DNA of 64,000 nucleotides from Octopus sinensis (lineage: Eukaryota), in NCBI RefSeq assembly GCF_006345805.1, contig NC_043002.1, positions 61,504,001 to 61,568,000 of the forward strand, read 5' to 3'. The position numbers were made by a program, and so were the translations under genes. The notes under the pieces were generated by a model. The model had not been told where the DNA came from. It saw only the letters and a list, made by a program, of their open reading frames with translations, and did not search any database. Positions within the stretch are counted from its first letter, which is position 1. Every line of letters starts with the position of its first letter. Below, piece by piece: positions 40,321 through 54,673 of this stretch.

Positions 40321-40382
40321 GTAAATGTAATATATGACAATTATTCGGTAGCCTTTTATAGAGATATTGTTTTATAGGTTTA

Positions 40383-41830
40383 CTAGAATTATGACCCGTC
40401 GTGCCGGGTCATAGTGCTAGTGCATGTATATATGTGTATATATGTGTACATATTACATGTACATCTATATATATATACATCTACACGTAAAATGCAAAAT
40501 ACAAAGTTATATCTTGATATCGCTAGTGATAAAAATACTCAAAATGTATAACAGACTGGAATTGTAGGCCCGTCCTACGTCCCTGATATAAAGGTGAAAA
40601 TAAAATATTTCCACTTTGCAAGGCTGGAGTCGAGTACTCCCTTGCACGCTCCGTTAACTCGAACTTTGCTTCTATTGTGGAGAATTTACCGCCTCTGGTT
40701 AGATATCTTTCATAGTCGCACCAAGATAATTTTCGATGGTGCTTTCCTCCAGGTGTTCAAATCTTTTTTTTATTCTCTACATTGTATACTTTATAGACAA
40801 TAGGCTTTTCTTTAATTTAATTTTTTTATTTCGTTGGTGATGTTATCCTAGATTCACCGCCTTTTTCGGTGATCAATCCGAAATAGGTTTGTATTTCTTC
40901 CATTTTAATTTTAATGAGTTTGCGCACGCCGACGGCTGCAGCGAAATTCAGTTTTGAACTTTCTTCTATCGAAAGCATTCCAACAAAAATTGTCAATTTG
41001 CCCAAAAAGAGACACAATTCAATTTTTAAACAATAACCAAAACTTCTTCTCCCAAAGGGGGACGGTTACAGTTTACAATTATTTAACAAATGCAACACAA
41101 CAACGTTTCCCTTACGAGGAACCAACAAACGTGATAACAATAGTTAAACAGTGAATCAAAAAGCAGTACGCAGTTGAAGATATAGTCCTTAATGTATAAT
41201 ATTCCATCTGGACTATTCCATTTCTGCACACTAATTTTATTTTTAATTTATTCCCATTCATGTGAAACCACTTATTCAAGTTCAAGTCATTGATGCAATT
41301 TTATACCAATTGTTATTTTTCCTTTTGTTATGTTACGATTATATTATACTTTAGTTTGATTTTAATTATTACTTACTACATATAATTCAATTGTAATTAT
41401 TATCTCTAATTTTTATTGTTGAAGTGAAAGTATCTGACATAAAATAGAGAAATGCTTTGTCTCACTTTTAACACGTAATACTGAAATAGTGGAGATGATA
41501 TGATATTGCATGGGCTCGACCTAGGCAAGAATTTGAACATTTCTTTTGCCCATGAAACTACATGGACCCTAAGTAAGGCATGTGTAAAATTTGAATGAAA
41601 ATGGTTATGTAGTTCTCAAGTTTAAGGAAATCGTAGTGGAGAAGATATGATATTGCTGTGGGCTTGCCCTAGGCGAAAAGTTAAAAATTATTTTTTGCCA
41701 ATGACACTTCCCGGACCCTAAGTAAGACATGTATAAAATTTGAATGAAATTAGTTGTATAGTTCTCAACTTTTAGGGAAAAACACAGACAGACAGACAGA
41801 CACACATTCTCAGTTTTATATGTTTAAAGA
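40383..41830 (-). mobile_element. Non-autonomous Helitron H2
   Basis: A|TCTTTAAACATATAAAACTGAG ... ATGACCCG GCACGA CGGGTCAT AATT CTAG|T: TC start, 8-bp hairpin, CTAG end, A/T target, no TSD. Confidence 0.88.
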
Positions 41831-42495
41831 TTGCTCATAATTTTTACACATACTTTATTCTGTATTCGACATTCTACCCTGCATTTTTCCCTGTGCGTAT
41901 ATAGACGTGTCTTTCTCATTGATTTCTTTTACAAGTTCTCCTGTATTTTTGCCTTCAGCCTTTTTTTTTCTTGTACATGTGCGTCTATAGACGTGTGTAT
42001 GAACTTTCTGCGCATTTGTGTGCGCTTATATAGACGTGTGTGGGTTTGCGCATGTATAGACGTGCGTGCGTGAGTGCATACGAGTGTGTGCGTATATAGA
42101 CGTGATTACTCTCATGGTTTTTTCATACGTCTTTACATATTTTTCTGTATTGTTGCCCCTAGCCCTGTTTTTTTCTTGAGTTTGTGCGTATATAGTCGTG
42201 TGTATGAACCGTTTTGTTTCGCCCGTGTGTGTGTGTGTTGAATTGTATATATATGGTTTATGGGGAATGGTGTGGGTGAGAATGTGTATGTTTCAAGTGA
42301 GGATGGATGAGTGTATACGTTTAGGCGCATGAACGTTATGTACGGGCGCGCATGTGTAGGTATGGACAGGCGCTTACACGAAACCTATGTACATTTTTAC
42401 CCCCCTACTTTTAATCCCTCTCCTCATTTAGCGGTCATTCAAATAGTTCTTTTGTCTTAATAACGATCAATCACACAGTAATTTCCCATTGTTTA

Positions 42496-42800
42496 AGAAA
42501 ACAAGGACAAGTCATTCGAAATTTTCTTTCCTCAATCAAGTACCAGATTATCTTCACAATTTCGGCTGATTATACTTGAGATTGCTCTAATCTGGTGAGG
42601 CCCAAGGAAATACTAAGCTAACAGCATTAGGTTCCTTGGAAAAAAGCAGCGAATGCACACAAAAACATAAACAAGGACAGAAAAAACGGACAATATTACA
42701 CAAATTCAATAAAAATAACAGGACATAAAAACAGGTCTCTTTCGACTAAGGACGAATTGAATTAAGCTGGCGTGTGTGGAAATGAAGCCCCACGGCAGGT
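42496..42800. mobile_element. Unclassified interspersed repeat abutting GPCR copy G
   Basis: AAACAAGGACAAGTCATTCGAAATT...TCAAGTACCAGATTATCTTCACAATTTCGGCTGATTATAC...CTGGTGAGGCCCAAGGAAA recurs at 63885-64000. Confidence 0.6.
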
Positions 42801-42802
42801 GC

Positions 42803-42856
<54 letters not shown>

Positions 42857-43689
42857 TGCCGCGTATAAAACAATGTTGATAGCATTATTAACACACGCTA
42901 ACATATCCAAGAATGTAATAAATACGTTGTCACTTTGTGACAGAAAAACCATTAGAAAGTAATGTATAGACACAGGAAAGGTTGTAAACGAAAACAAACT
43001 ACTAGTTGTTATCACTAGGTATACAGAATGTTTTGATTGTGATGTAGATCTTCGTTGAACATTCTGGCCAAGTTTCGAAGGCTGGAGTATTTTATAAATC
43101 ATGAGAATAGACATGAGGAATAATACTATAGCAGGTAGAAAAGAATATAATACGATTGCAACACACAATTTGTATTCATAATTGTTTATAAGAGGCATAA
43201 TCATTGCGTAAATTATAGCAACACAGATCAGAATTGCAAACACTACCATGTAAGGTTTATATCGCCCTGAAGAATAAATTCTAGAAAAGGTATGCAAAAT
43301 TGCTCCCAGCCGTTCAATTGATATGAGTACCGTAATCCAGGAGGAATATATATTAAAAAACAATGACATGATCTCCACAGTTAGACTGGATAATATATTG
43401 GTATCTGGAGCCAATAATTGTAGAGAATAAGATACCCGTATGATTCTCGGAGAGATCAGAAAAATCAAAATCATGTCTACTGAAACTAGACATAGGAGAT
43501 AGGGAACGAATTTATACTTACGCATATTCTTCCTGTAAAAAGTTGCCATGGCTGTTATATTCCCGATAGTTCCAAACGTAAATAGCATTATAGAACAATA
43601 TCTTATGGACGTAATGAAATAAATATTTGCATGATTAACTTCCAGGCTATTGTTGGTCACTGTATCCTTTTAGTTATGTGATTTACCAT
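42746..43689 (-). pseudogene. Divergent old-type class A GPCR copy G: TM1-TM7 open, start out of frame, helix 8 replaced by (TA)n
   Basis: ORF 42746-43660 begins at GTG behind an in-frame TAA (43670-43672); the nearest ATG (43689) is 29 nt upstream. After NNAINIVLYAAV the frame runs through (TA)n (IY repeats) instead of SKSFR. Confidence 0.7.
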
Positions 43690-43738
43690 TATATAATATG
43701 TAGAGTATTCTTGGCAAAACTAAATAAATTTTAACCTT

Positions 43739-43777
<39 letters not shown>

Positions 43778-43860
43778 ATAATATAATATAAATAATATAT
43801 AAATATATGCATATATACATACATATATGTACACACATATTATATATAATATATATATAT

Positions 43861-43938
<78 letters not shown>

Positions 43939-44440
43939 GCATATATGGGTACAATACATAAAAAAAACGCTGAACACAATGAGTAACGAAAACATAAAAA
44001 CAAAAACATAGTAACGAACTTTTTTTCGAAAAACAAATAAAACAGAGAAACGAGACATACTACTTAAAGAATATTTCCCTTCTTCAGTTGTTCCTGTTTC
44101 AACTACGCCGCTTTCGAAGGCTATGACAAGATGCGACTTCGTTGAAACAGCTCTTCCCGCAAAGCAAACTTAATAAAATTTGTATTTTGTTTTTAGGGTG
44201 AAAGTGGTATCATGAACAGAACAGTGAGAACAAAACAGTAAAAAAGAAACGGCGAGGGCTGTTAAGCCAAGACGATAGAAAAATAATTATGAATGCTAGA
44301 ATGACGAGCTGATGAATGAGGCCGTATAAGCACGTTTAGTCTTTACGAAGGTTGTGGGTAGAAAGGTAGATTCTATTTCGTCATGTGTCAGCGACGAGAG
44401 AGTCTACGAAGAGGAGTGAGAGGGAGAGAGAACGGTGAAC

Positions 44441-44476
<36 letters not shown>

Positions 44477-44760
44477 GGCAGGCTTCAATGAACTACTGTC
44501 TGCCAAATCCACTCTCAAGAATTTGGTTGGCCCGAAGCTCTAACAGAAGACACTTGCCCAAGGCTTCTCCAATCGTTAAAATTGCAAATATCTAAATTTT
44601 ATTTTGAAATTTTGCGTGAACTGTCGTTGATTGAAGAATTTATACACATACAGCAATAACTGATCATTAAATTTGTTTTACGTAGAGCATATTCTCTGGA
44701 TCTACAATGTTTCAACTGCAGCGACGTTTTTTTGGTGTCCTGTACCCATATATGCATGTA

Positions 44761-46185
44761 CAGTTGCGGCCAAAATGTTTAGAACGGCATTGTTTTCGTC
44801 AAAAAAGTAGATATAATTTTTTATCAAAGTTGTTTTATATTCTATAATTATCACAGACTATAAATACAATATTAATGTCATTGTCTGAGAATTTGGTGTA
44901 ATTTGAGAGGATAATACAAAAGTTATGGATGATTTAGTGATTTACTGCAAAACCGTTGGCGGCCAATATGATCAGAACGGTTGAAAAAAAAAATCAAAAA
45001 TGACAGAGAATACTGGAATTATTTAATATTTAGTGTGAAGCCCTTTAGCTTCAATCACACTCTGACATCTTCGACTGCATGAGGAAATTAAATTTTCAAT
45101 TTCTTCCTGGATGATTCCATCTTATTCCATTCTTTTTGAAGGGCATTCCATAATTGCTCAGTTGTTTTAGGATTTCTGGCTTTCGAACGTTCTCCTAGAA
45201 TATTCCACACATTTTCAATAGGATTGAGATCTGGGCTTTGAGCTGGCCAATCCATAACAATAACCTTTCAGCTTTGAGGAAGTTCATGACCACCTTAGCC
45301 TTGTGACATGGGGCATGTCCTGCATGAATATGGGTGGTTCGCTTAGTTGAATTTCTCAGCACAGGCAAGACATGATCTTTTACAAGTTGTTTATAAACTC
45401 CTGCATTTAACTTTCCATGTAATCGCACCAAAGGGCCCACACCATCTCCAGATATCATTCCCCAAACCATGACACTTCCTCCACCGAATTTAACACTAGT
45501 CTTAAGGCATTAAGGCAACAATTTTTCACCTACTTTTCTACGAACGTACATTTTCCCATCTGAGCCAAATAGCATAAATTTAGATTCATCACTGAAATGC
45601 ACCGTTTGCCATTTTTCTTAAGACCACAACACATGTTCGGTTCAAAGGTAAGACGACACTTTTTATTCTTGGAGCTGATCAGTGGCTTCCCTGCAGGTGT
45701 TCTTGCTTGTAGGTCATGTTCAACTAAACGACGAGACAGTTTTTCGAGTTAAAGTTTTCTTCAATACAATGCTCATTTTCCGAGAAACAGCTGCAGTTTT
45801 AAATCTGTCCTTTTTACCCAACTTTACCATAGCACGATCTTCTCTCTTGGTTGTTTTTCTTGGCCTACCTGTAAACGTTCTAGCTTCACACGAACCACAA
45901 TCATCGTAGACCTTAAGAATACCGTGTACAACACTTTTTGACTTGTTAACAATCTTTGCAATAGATCCAGTACTTAAATTATCCTTCCTTCGAAGCTTAA
46001 TAACCTGCTGACGAATTGGTAACGGAGTAAGTGGCATTATATTAACAAAGTACACTGCAAATATTCTTACTAATGTTTAGTAAACGAACCGTCACGTAAA
46101 CAAATCCAAAACATTAGAGTTCGCCGATTAAATATACTAAAACACAGAGTAAAAGCAACCGTTCTGATCATTTTGGCCGGAACTG
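44761..46185 (-). mobile_element. Tc1-family DNA transposon, full length but frameshifted (transposase remnant 45023-46037)
   Basis: TA|CAGTTGCGGCCAAAATGTTTAGAACGG ... CCGTTCTGATCATTTTGGCCGGAACTG|TA. Protein fragments: HTH region with GRPRKTT, FSDESKF, GGGSVMVWG, APCH, WPAQSPDLNPIENVW, SVIEAKGLHTKY*. Confidence 0.92.
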
Positions 46186-46301
46186 TATATATACTTGTAG
46201 AGGTAGGTACGTACATATATGCATGTATACAGGCATATGTTTTATTTATTAATTTATTATATGACGGAACGCACGCATCCATTTCTAAGTAAGATTATTC
46301 T

Positions 46302-46412
<111 letters not shown>

Positions 46413-46659
46413 AATATAAATATGACAATTATTCGGAAGCCATTTATAGAGATATTGTTTTATAGGTTTATTGCTCATAATTTTTACACATGCTTTTTCT
46501 GTATTCTACCTTCTACCCTGCAATTTTCCCTGTGCATGTATAGACGTATCTTACTCCTTGTTTTTTCTTTACAACTTTTCCTGTATTTTTGCCTACAGTT
46601 TTGTTTTCTCTTGTACATGTGCGTCTATAAACGTGTGTATGAACTTTCTGTGCATGTGT

Positions 46660-46708
<49 letters not shown>

Positions 46709-48103
46709 CGTATATAGATGTGTGCAGGTATGCGCATATATAGACGGGCGTGCGTGAGTGCATACGGATGTTTGCGTATATAGACGTGTTTTACTCCCAT
46801 GGTTTTTTGATACTTCTTTACACTTTTTTCTGTATTGTTGCCTCTAACCCTGTCTTTTCTTGTGTTTGTGCGTATATAGACGTGTGTATGAACCGTTTTG
46901 GTTAGCGCATGTGTTTGTGTGCGTTGGACTGTATATATGGTTTTTGGGGAATGGTGTGGGTGAGAATGTCTATGTTTCAAGTGATGATGGATGAGTGTAT
47001 ACGTATAGGCACATGTACGTGTGTGTACGAGCGCGCATGTGTAGGAATGGAGATGCGAACTTACGCGAATACTATGTGCGTTTTTATCCCCTACTTTTAA
47101 TCCCTCCCCTCATTTAGCGATCATTCAAATAGTTCTTTTGTCTTAATAACGATCAATCACACAATAATTTCCCATGGTTTAACGGTCGTTTTCATAGAAT
47201 TTTTTCTAATGGCCGGATAACTGAATGGAGGGCTGTGTGAATTTCCACCCTGACATCCGAAACTCGGTGTTTTATCATGGCTGCCGAATAATTGTCACAT
47301 ATTAAATTTACAGATAAATTCCTCAATTTACAAAATGTCGAGGTCTCGTCGTCTTACTATTTCTATCAATATTTATATATATAATGAGGATAATGGGATA
47401 TATTGCCCTGGTAGGAACCGAATTTCTCTGAAATCGGTTTCAGATGCTGGCTAACGAAAAGCACCCCTTATGTAGTACTCGAGCTAATGAGTTGTTAGAC
47501 ACTAGTAACTTCTCTCGTTGGGTAATTCTGTGCGTGCATATTTTCCGTAGATTACTTAATAATATTAATAATGATAAGGAGAACAAAGATTTTTCACATC
47601 CAGAAATTTTATTTATTAGTTCCTTAGAGCATATTCTCCGGAACTACCCAGGTAGACACGTGATTTTTGAAAGATGTACATTTAAACAATTTAGAGCAAC
47701 ACATAGCACTGTGTATAATTATAATTATAGTGATAATTGAGAAACGAAGGCCCACCGCACTATAACATAAATCAAACACATTAGAATACCTTTACATTTA
47801 TAATGTACCCTATGCAATAAGTGGAACAACAATCTATTAGAATATGTAAATAGAATGTTGAACAGGGAATACTAATTAGAAATTTATAAACATAGAACAT
47901 CGCCATATTGTGTAATGTATTTTAACATACTTATATACAAACATAGATATAGTTATATATTTGTATGCACATATAGATGAATATATGTACGTCTACATAA
48001 ACGGACTGAAGATTGATGATACATAAATTATCATTAGTACGACAATTATAAATATATAAGTAGATACTTACGGAATTGATAAAGTATTGAAACAGCGAAA
48101 TTC

Positions 48104-49036
48104 TTAGTGCCTCGTTGTAACCTGGAGCGAATACACCTTACTTCTTTTTACTGCAGACTCTTTACAACATATTTGTTTCAGGTTGTCGCGAAATGATTTG
48201 CTTACCACAACATACAACATGAAGTTGAAAACGTTATTCATACAAGCTAGAACACTAAAAAACAAGTAGAGGACCATATCTTTTTCATCGAGTAGGAATA
48301 TTACCAGGCAATTAATAGATGAAGGAAATGTGGTTAAGAGAAAGAGTGCGTTTATTGCAATCACTGCATAAATAGTACTTTTAGACTGCTCTGAAATTTT
48401 CCGTTGCAAATGTCGACCGAGGTCTGGTCGATGGTGTATTTTATACAACAAAAGGATAGAACTTATTATCAAAATCATGCTTGGTACGAATGAATACATG
48501 ATGTCTACAGCACACAAAAAGTACGCCTTAATATTTAAAAATACTGCTAGCGTTGTATACGTAACAGCAACACATACAAGAAGCAGAAGCAGTACTAGGT
48601 AAGGTTTATAACGTTGTGAAGAATGAAATTGTGAAAATGGGCGACATATTGCCAACAGACGTTCCAGAGATATGACAACGGTTATCCAGGAAGAATATAT
48701 AAATATAGAAGAAATGAAAGCATCGTATATTTCACTGCAAAAAATACCTGAATGTGCCGTGTTAGGTTCAGGAGCAGCTAACAACCAGATTGGTTTTGGT
48801 AAATATGTCGAAAGCGTAATGAAATCTACAAGAGCTAAACAATGAAGATATGGAACAATTTTTGTCTGACGCATTTGTTTCTTGAAAAATATTGCAAAAA
48901 TTGCTAAATTTCCGACAGATCCAAATATCAATAAAATTATTGAAACATACAGTATAGTTCTAAGTAAATAAACATTTTTAACATTTTCAATCTGGCTACT
49001 GTTGGGCATTTCGCACATGACTTCTGTTTTGTTCAT
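48104..49036 (-). CDS. Intronless class A 7TM receptor, copy E (310 aa from ATG 49036)
   Basis: Track start 49057 is GTG; the ATG aligned with the other copies gives 933 nt; all motifs intact. Confidence 0.92.
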   Translation of the reverse strand: MNKTEVMCEMPNSSQIENVKNVYLLRTILYVSIILLIFGSVGNLAIFAIFFKKQMRQTKIVPYLHCLALVDFITLSTYLPKPIWLLAAPEPNTAHSGIFCSEIYDAFISSIFIYSSWITVVISLERLLAICRPFSQFHSSQRYKPYLVLLLLLVCVAVTYTTLAVFLNIKAYFLCAVDIMYSFVPSMILIISSILLLYKIHHRPDLGRHLQRKISEQSKSTIYAVIAINALFLLTTFPSSINCLVIFLLDEKDMVLYLFFSVLACMNNVFNFMLYVVVSKSFRDNLKQICCKESAVKRSKVYSLQVTTRH

Positions 49037-49917
49037 ATCTTCTTCTAATTCTTCCACCGGTCAACAATTGTGCACCACAAAAATAATTAAATGAATCCAA
49101 TTTCTATTAAATTTTAAAAGACACCATACGGTTTCACGTGTTGCTGTTTTATAACAGTGTGACACATCTAATTCTAATTCGTGTCGAGTGTTACCAGATA
49201 AATAAGTCCATAAATTATATAGGTAAATAGAGAGATCGGCATGTGTATATTTATATGCATGTGAATACATGTGTAGAGACATCGTTATCATGAATCCAGC
49301 TTCGTTTTTGTTGATTGAGTTCTACTGCTTTCGTATTAATTACTGTATTTTAGATAACTGTGTCCTTCACGTTGTTGATGATGTGGCCATCGAAGACAAT
49401 CACAATGATGTTATTAATGATGATGATGGTGATGGCGAGGTCTAATGGAAAATATCACTAATATGATCTTCTTCACTTCCTTCTCTCTCTTCCCTTTTCA
49501 CTTTACTGGCCGGTTGATGTTGATGCTTTAACATTTTTAAAAGTATGTAGACCGATATGAATTAATCAATATTACTTTCGATTACAAAGAGTTTACAATA
49601 TTTCCCCCTAAATGTTTGGACACTGTTAAGTAAATGCAGTTGTTCGGGTGTGGTCTTGTTTTATGATTCTGCTTGTTTAATGTATATGTTACACGGCTAT
49701 TAAATGAAACGACGTTCAAATATTATTACTGTCTTATACGACTTGTGAAACGACTAACTGCATTGATCAGGTGCCCTTCGGTCTTATAACTCATATTTTT
49801 TCCTTCGATCTTATAAATGATTTTTACAACATGGTAGATATGAATGACTCCTACTTTTGTGAGCATGGTTAATGGAATACCGCTCAAAGTTGCCCCAGCC
49901 ATAGTAGTCAATATCGC

Positions 49918-50505
49918 GGATCTTTTCTAAAAGATTGACAGCATTTCTACTTAACTAAATAATTTGAAACTTCGTATACTGGTAGAATGTGTCAAAAGAA
50001 AACATAAATTTCATTAGTTTTTTTGAGAAAATTGTATTTTGTAACTTTTACGTAGTTTAATTCTTCGAATTTTAACCAATGAAATCCCAGCATTTGAGCT
50101 CAATTCATTTGCTGCGTCTAAGTAAACAGCACACACACACACGCACACGTCTTATTCATCGTTATTCATCGTTAATATATTTATTGGGCAACGAAATTCA
50201 TCGATTTAAGAGATATAGCTCTTATTTCTAGCACCTGCAGAAGACAGAATTGATAAGGATGAATAAGACGTGTGCGTGTGTGTGTGTGTGTGCTGTTTAC
50301 TTAGACGCAGCAAATGAATTGAGCTCAAATGCTGGGATTTCATTGGTTAAAATTCGAAGAATTAAACTACGTAAAAGCCACAAAATACAATTTTCTAAAA
50401 AAAAACTATTCAAATTAATGTTTTCTCTTGACACCTTCTACCAGTATACGAAGTTTCAAATTATTTAGTTAAGTAGAAATTCTGTCCATCTTTTAGAAAA
50501 GATCC
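49918..50505. mobile_element. 588-bp foldback MITE (GGATC ends, ~240-bp TIRs, 8-bp TSD), related to 27986-29029
   Basis: GGATCTTTTCTAAAAGA...TTAACTAAATAATTTGAAACTTCGTATACTGGTAGAA mirrored at 50259-50505. Flanks AATATCGC / AATGTCGC. Short core matches the reverse complement of ~28190-28265. Confidence 0.87.
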
Positions 50506-51297
50506 AATGTCGCTTAAATTGGAGAGATTGGAGGTGAAATGTTAGCGGTAACAAAGTCCCAAGCCGCCTATATCAGGAATGTGACTATGACTTCCGATGG
50601 CTACATCCACCTATCACTTTCACCATTGCCCCGTCACTGGAGGATTTCAGTGGAAAGTTGGGGCTGAAATACACAATGTGATATTCCCTACTGAGTGAGA
50701 TCCAGCAGTTTTTAAACTTGGTCATTCCAAGTAGAGAATTTATATATAGTGTTGCCGAGACAAAGGCTTTTTATTTAAAGTGACCTAAAAATAGGGATAG
50801 TATTAAAGGGTCAAATCGAAAACAGGAAGAGGGGAATGAAGAAAGAAAGAAAAAAATAAGCGAAAAAAAAGAGAAAGAAAAAATGAGAGAAAAAAGAGAG
50901 AAGAAGGAGAAGAAAGTAAGGAGAAATTAATAAAATAATAATAAAATAAAATATAAAAACAAAAAACCCTGAAAAGAGAAATGAAGGGAATAAAGAAAAA
51001 ATAGAAAAGAAAAATGAAGATATAGATCAGTCAGTGGTCAGTGGATACAATTTGAGAGTAGGAGTGGGAAGATGAAGGGTTAAAGGGAGAGAAAGGTGTT
51101 CTATTGTAAAAAGATAGAAGGAATGACAAATGTGTAGAAGTAGAGTGAAAGTGTAGGGGCAGAGATAGATGATAGTAGTATGAAAAATTAAGGAATTTAT
51201 GTTTAGCAGTTCAGTGCTTAGTAATATAATTGTCAAATATTGCATTTACACACACACATACACATATATATATATTTACATATATATATTACATATA

Positions 51298-51343
<46 letters not shown>

Positions 51344-51351
51344 ATATATAT

Positions 51352-51404
<53 letters not shown>

Positions 51405-51409
<5 letters not shown>

Positions 51410-53057
51410 GAGTTATTACCTTTTGTTAACAATTAACACAGATAAATAAATAAATAGTTACCAGGCCAGCAAAAATAAAGGTTGAAACTTCGTGTTTACG
51501 TTGAATATTTTGAATAATATGAATAAAAAATGGAGTTAACGCAGGTTTAAACAAGTATTTTTACTTTCTACATATGTTTCGAAAATTCCACTGATACTAT
51601 TCAAAAGAATAAAAGGTATAAACAATGCAATCTTCTCTTCGGGAAAGTGAAAAAACGAAACTCGTCAATACGACATTTTAGCAAAAAATGATGGATTCGT
51701 ATAGCGATAGACAGAACGCTATTAATATTGTTTAAAAAAACCTTATATGATATAACGTCATAAGTAGCTAACAGAAAGAGTAGGGATATTAATAGTGAAT
51801 GTTAAATATAAGGAAATTAAAAGTTTAAACTATATATAATGATAGAGACTACTTATATGCACTAAAAGTATGTTTCTGCCAATGCTTACATCTGTATGCT
51901 CGTTCTATAACCGTGTTTACTAGAGTATTTTTAGAAAAAATAATGAAAAATAGCTCAGAATTGCAGAGAAGACAGAATTTCTTGCCTTTGTCATATGGTA
52001 TCGAAATTGAGAGGATCAACCATTCTAAATGAAATTGTTCATTGTGGTCTTTTAAATCCCAAATCAGTTTGCTGAGACCGGTACTATTCCGTTTATTTCT
52101 ATCCCTAAATGTTGAGTATGGATAGAAATTCTTTTAGATAACTCTAACGATGTGCTTCCAATGTAAAATCGTACTTTATTACGAGTACTGATTATACACT
52201 GGTATATAGAATTTTTAATCTTAGAGTAACTTGACATAAATTTAATTCTATTGGAATTGACTTCAGATACAATAACCTTGTTATTAATATTTCTAGAGGG
52301 TTGGATGGTATTAGCTAAATTAATGTTAGTATTAGTAAATGTATTAATATTTAACAGTTTGTTATTATGAGAAGATATAATTTGCAAGAGATTTTTTGTG
52401 TTTGAAAAACCTATCCTAACCTTATGTGAATTAATTATAGAGTAATATCTGGAATTGTTTGGAAAATTCCTAGCAATAGCTTGACGAAACAGCAGTGGGA
52501 GATTAGATTTAATTTGTCTCCCGTAAGGAATTATTAACCAAATATTTTTACTAGTATTCATAGCGTAATTACTTTTGTAAATTCTATAATGTAGATAAGA
52601 TTTCTAGTCGTAAAAGAATTATTGATAACAAACATAACTTACGCACCGATACAAAGCGAATGAAGGCATATAACCCTTATTTATTCCCCTTTTACCGATC
52701 TAAAAGTAAATATAACACCTTCAAAAATAATTACGCTATCATTATATATAGTTTAAACTTTAATTTCCTTTATATTTAACATTCACTATTAATATCCCTA
52801 CTCTTTCTGTTAGCTACATATGACGTTATATCATATAACGTTTTTTTAAACAATATTAATAGCGTTCTGTCTATCGCTATACGAATCCATCATTTTTTGC
52901 TAAAATGTCGTATTGACGAGTTTCGTTTTTTCACTTTCGCGAAGAGAAGATTGCATTGTTTATACCTTTTATTCTTTTGAATAGTATCAGTGGAATTTTC
53001 GAAACATATGTAGAAAGTAAAAATACTTGTTTAAACCTGCGTTAACTCCATTTTTTA

Positions 53058-53064
<7 letters not shown>
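51405..53064 (-). mobile_element. Truncated Penelope-like element (GIY-YIG remnant 52064-52561) with a ~330-bp inverted duplication
   Basis: KNIWLIIPY...KSNL...FRQAIARNFP...KVRIGFSNTKNLLQII...SIYQCII...FYIGST...KRISIH. 51517-51845 is the reverse complement of 52736-53064. Inserted in the unit's (TA)n tract. Confidence 0.8.
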
Positions 53065-53130
<66 letters not shown>

Positions 53131-53197
53131 ATATATATAAATGTAATATATGACAATTATTCGGTAGCCCTTTATAGAGATATTGTTTATAGGTTTA

Positions 53198-54673
53198 CTA
53201 GAATTATGACCCGTCGTGCCGGGTCATAGTGCTAGTGCATGTATATATGTGTATATATATATATATATGTACATATTACACGTACATCTATATATATACA
53301 TCTACACATAAAATGCAAAATACAAAGTTATATCTTGATATCGCTAGTGATAACAATACTCAAAATGTATAACAGACTGGAATTGTAGGCCCGTCCTACG
53401 TCCCATATATAAAGGTGAAAATAAATTATTTCCACTTTGCAAAGTTGGAGCCAAGTACTCCCTTGCACGCTGCGTAGACTCGAACTTTGCTTCTATTGTG
53501 GAGAATTTACCGCCTCTGGTTAGATATCTTTCATAGTCGCACCAAGAAACCTTTCGATGGTGCTTTCCTCGAGGTGTTCAAATCTTTTTTTTTTCTCTAC
53601 ATTGTATACTTTATAGACAATAGTCTTTTCTTTAATTTAATTTTTTATTTCGTTTGGTGATGTTATCCTAGATTCACCGTCTTTGTCGGTGATCAATCCG
53701 AAATAGGTTTGTATTTCTTCCATTTTAATTTTAATGAGTTTGCGCCCGCCGACGGCTGCAGCGAAATTCATTTTTTGACTATCTTCTATCGAAGGCATTC
53801 TAACAAAAATGCTTCCTTGTAAATGGTGAAAACATTGTCAATTTACCCAAAAAGAGACACAATTCAATTTTTAAACAATAACCAAAACTCCTTCTCCCAA
53901 AGGGGGACGGTTACAGTTTACAATTATTTACCAAATGCAACACAACAACGTTTCCCTTGCGAGGAACCAACAAACGTGTTAACAATAGTTAAACAGTGAA
54001 TCAAAAAGCAGTACGCAGTTGAAGATATAGTCCTTAATGTATAATAGTCCATCTGGACTATTCCATTTCTGCACGCTAATTTCATTCTTAATTTATTCCC
54101 ATTCATGTGAAACCACTTATTCAAGTTCAAGTCATTGATGCAATTTTATAACAATTGCTATTTTTCCTTTTGTTATGTTACGATTATATTATACTTTAGT
54201 TTGATTTTAATTATTATTTACTACATATAATTCAATTGTTATTATTATCTCTAATTTTTATTGTTGAAGTGAAAGTATCTGACATAAAATAGAGAAATGC
54301 TTTTGTTTCACTTTTAACACGTCATACTGAAATAGTGAAGAAGATATGATATTGCTATGGGCTCGCCCTAGGCAAGAAGTTGAACATTTCTTTTACCCAT
54401 GAAACTACATGGATCCTAAGTAAGGCATGTTTAAAATTTAAATGAAATTGGTTATGTAGTTCTCAAGTTTTAGGAAATCGTAGTGGAGAAGATATGATAT
54501 TGCTGTGGGCTTGCCCTAGGCAAAAAGTTAAAACTTAATTTTTGCCGATGACACTCCCCGGACCCTAAGTAAGGCATGTGTAAAATTTGAATGAAATTAG
54601 TTGTATAGTTCTCAAGTTTTAGGGAAACACACAGACAGTCAGACACACATTCTCAGTTTTATATATATAAAGA
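53198..54673 (-). mobile_element. Non-autonomous Helitron H3
   Basis: A|TCTTTATATATATAAAACTGAG ... ATGACCCGGCACGACGGGTCATAATTCTAG|T; same site as H1 and H2. Confidence 0.88.

Noticed and set aside
40500-40750. ~76-codon open frame (PGGKHHRKLSWCDYERYLTRGGKF...) on the minus strand inside the Helitron copies
   Set aside because: No recognisable similarity to Rep/helicase or any domain I know, and no clear start. A BLASTx hit to a host gene would revive it as a captured fragment.
52975-53017. Hammerhead ribozyme in the 51-53 kb PLE
   Set aside because: Has GAA-ACATATGT-A and a plausible stem I, but lacks a CUGANGA core and a paired stem II, so it is treated as degenerate only.
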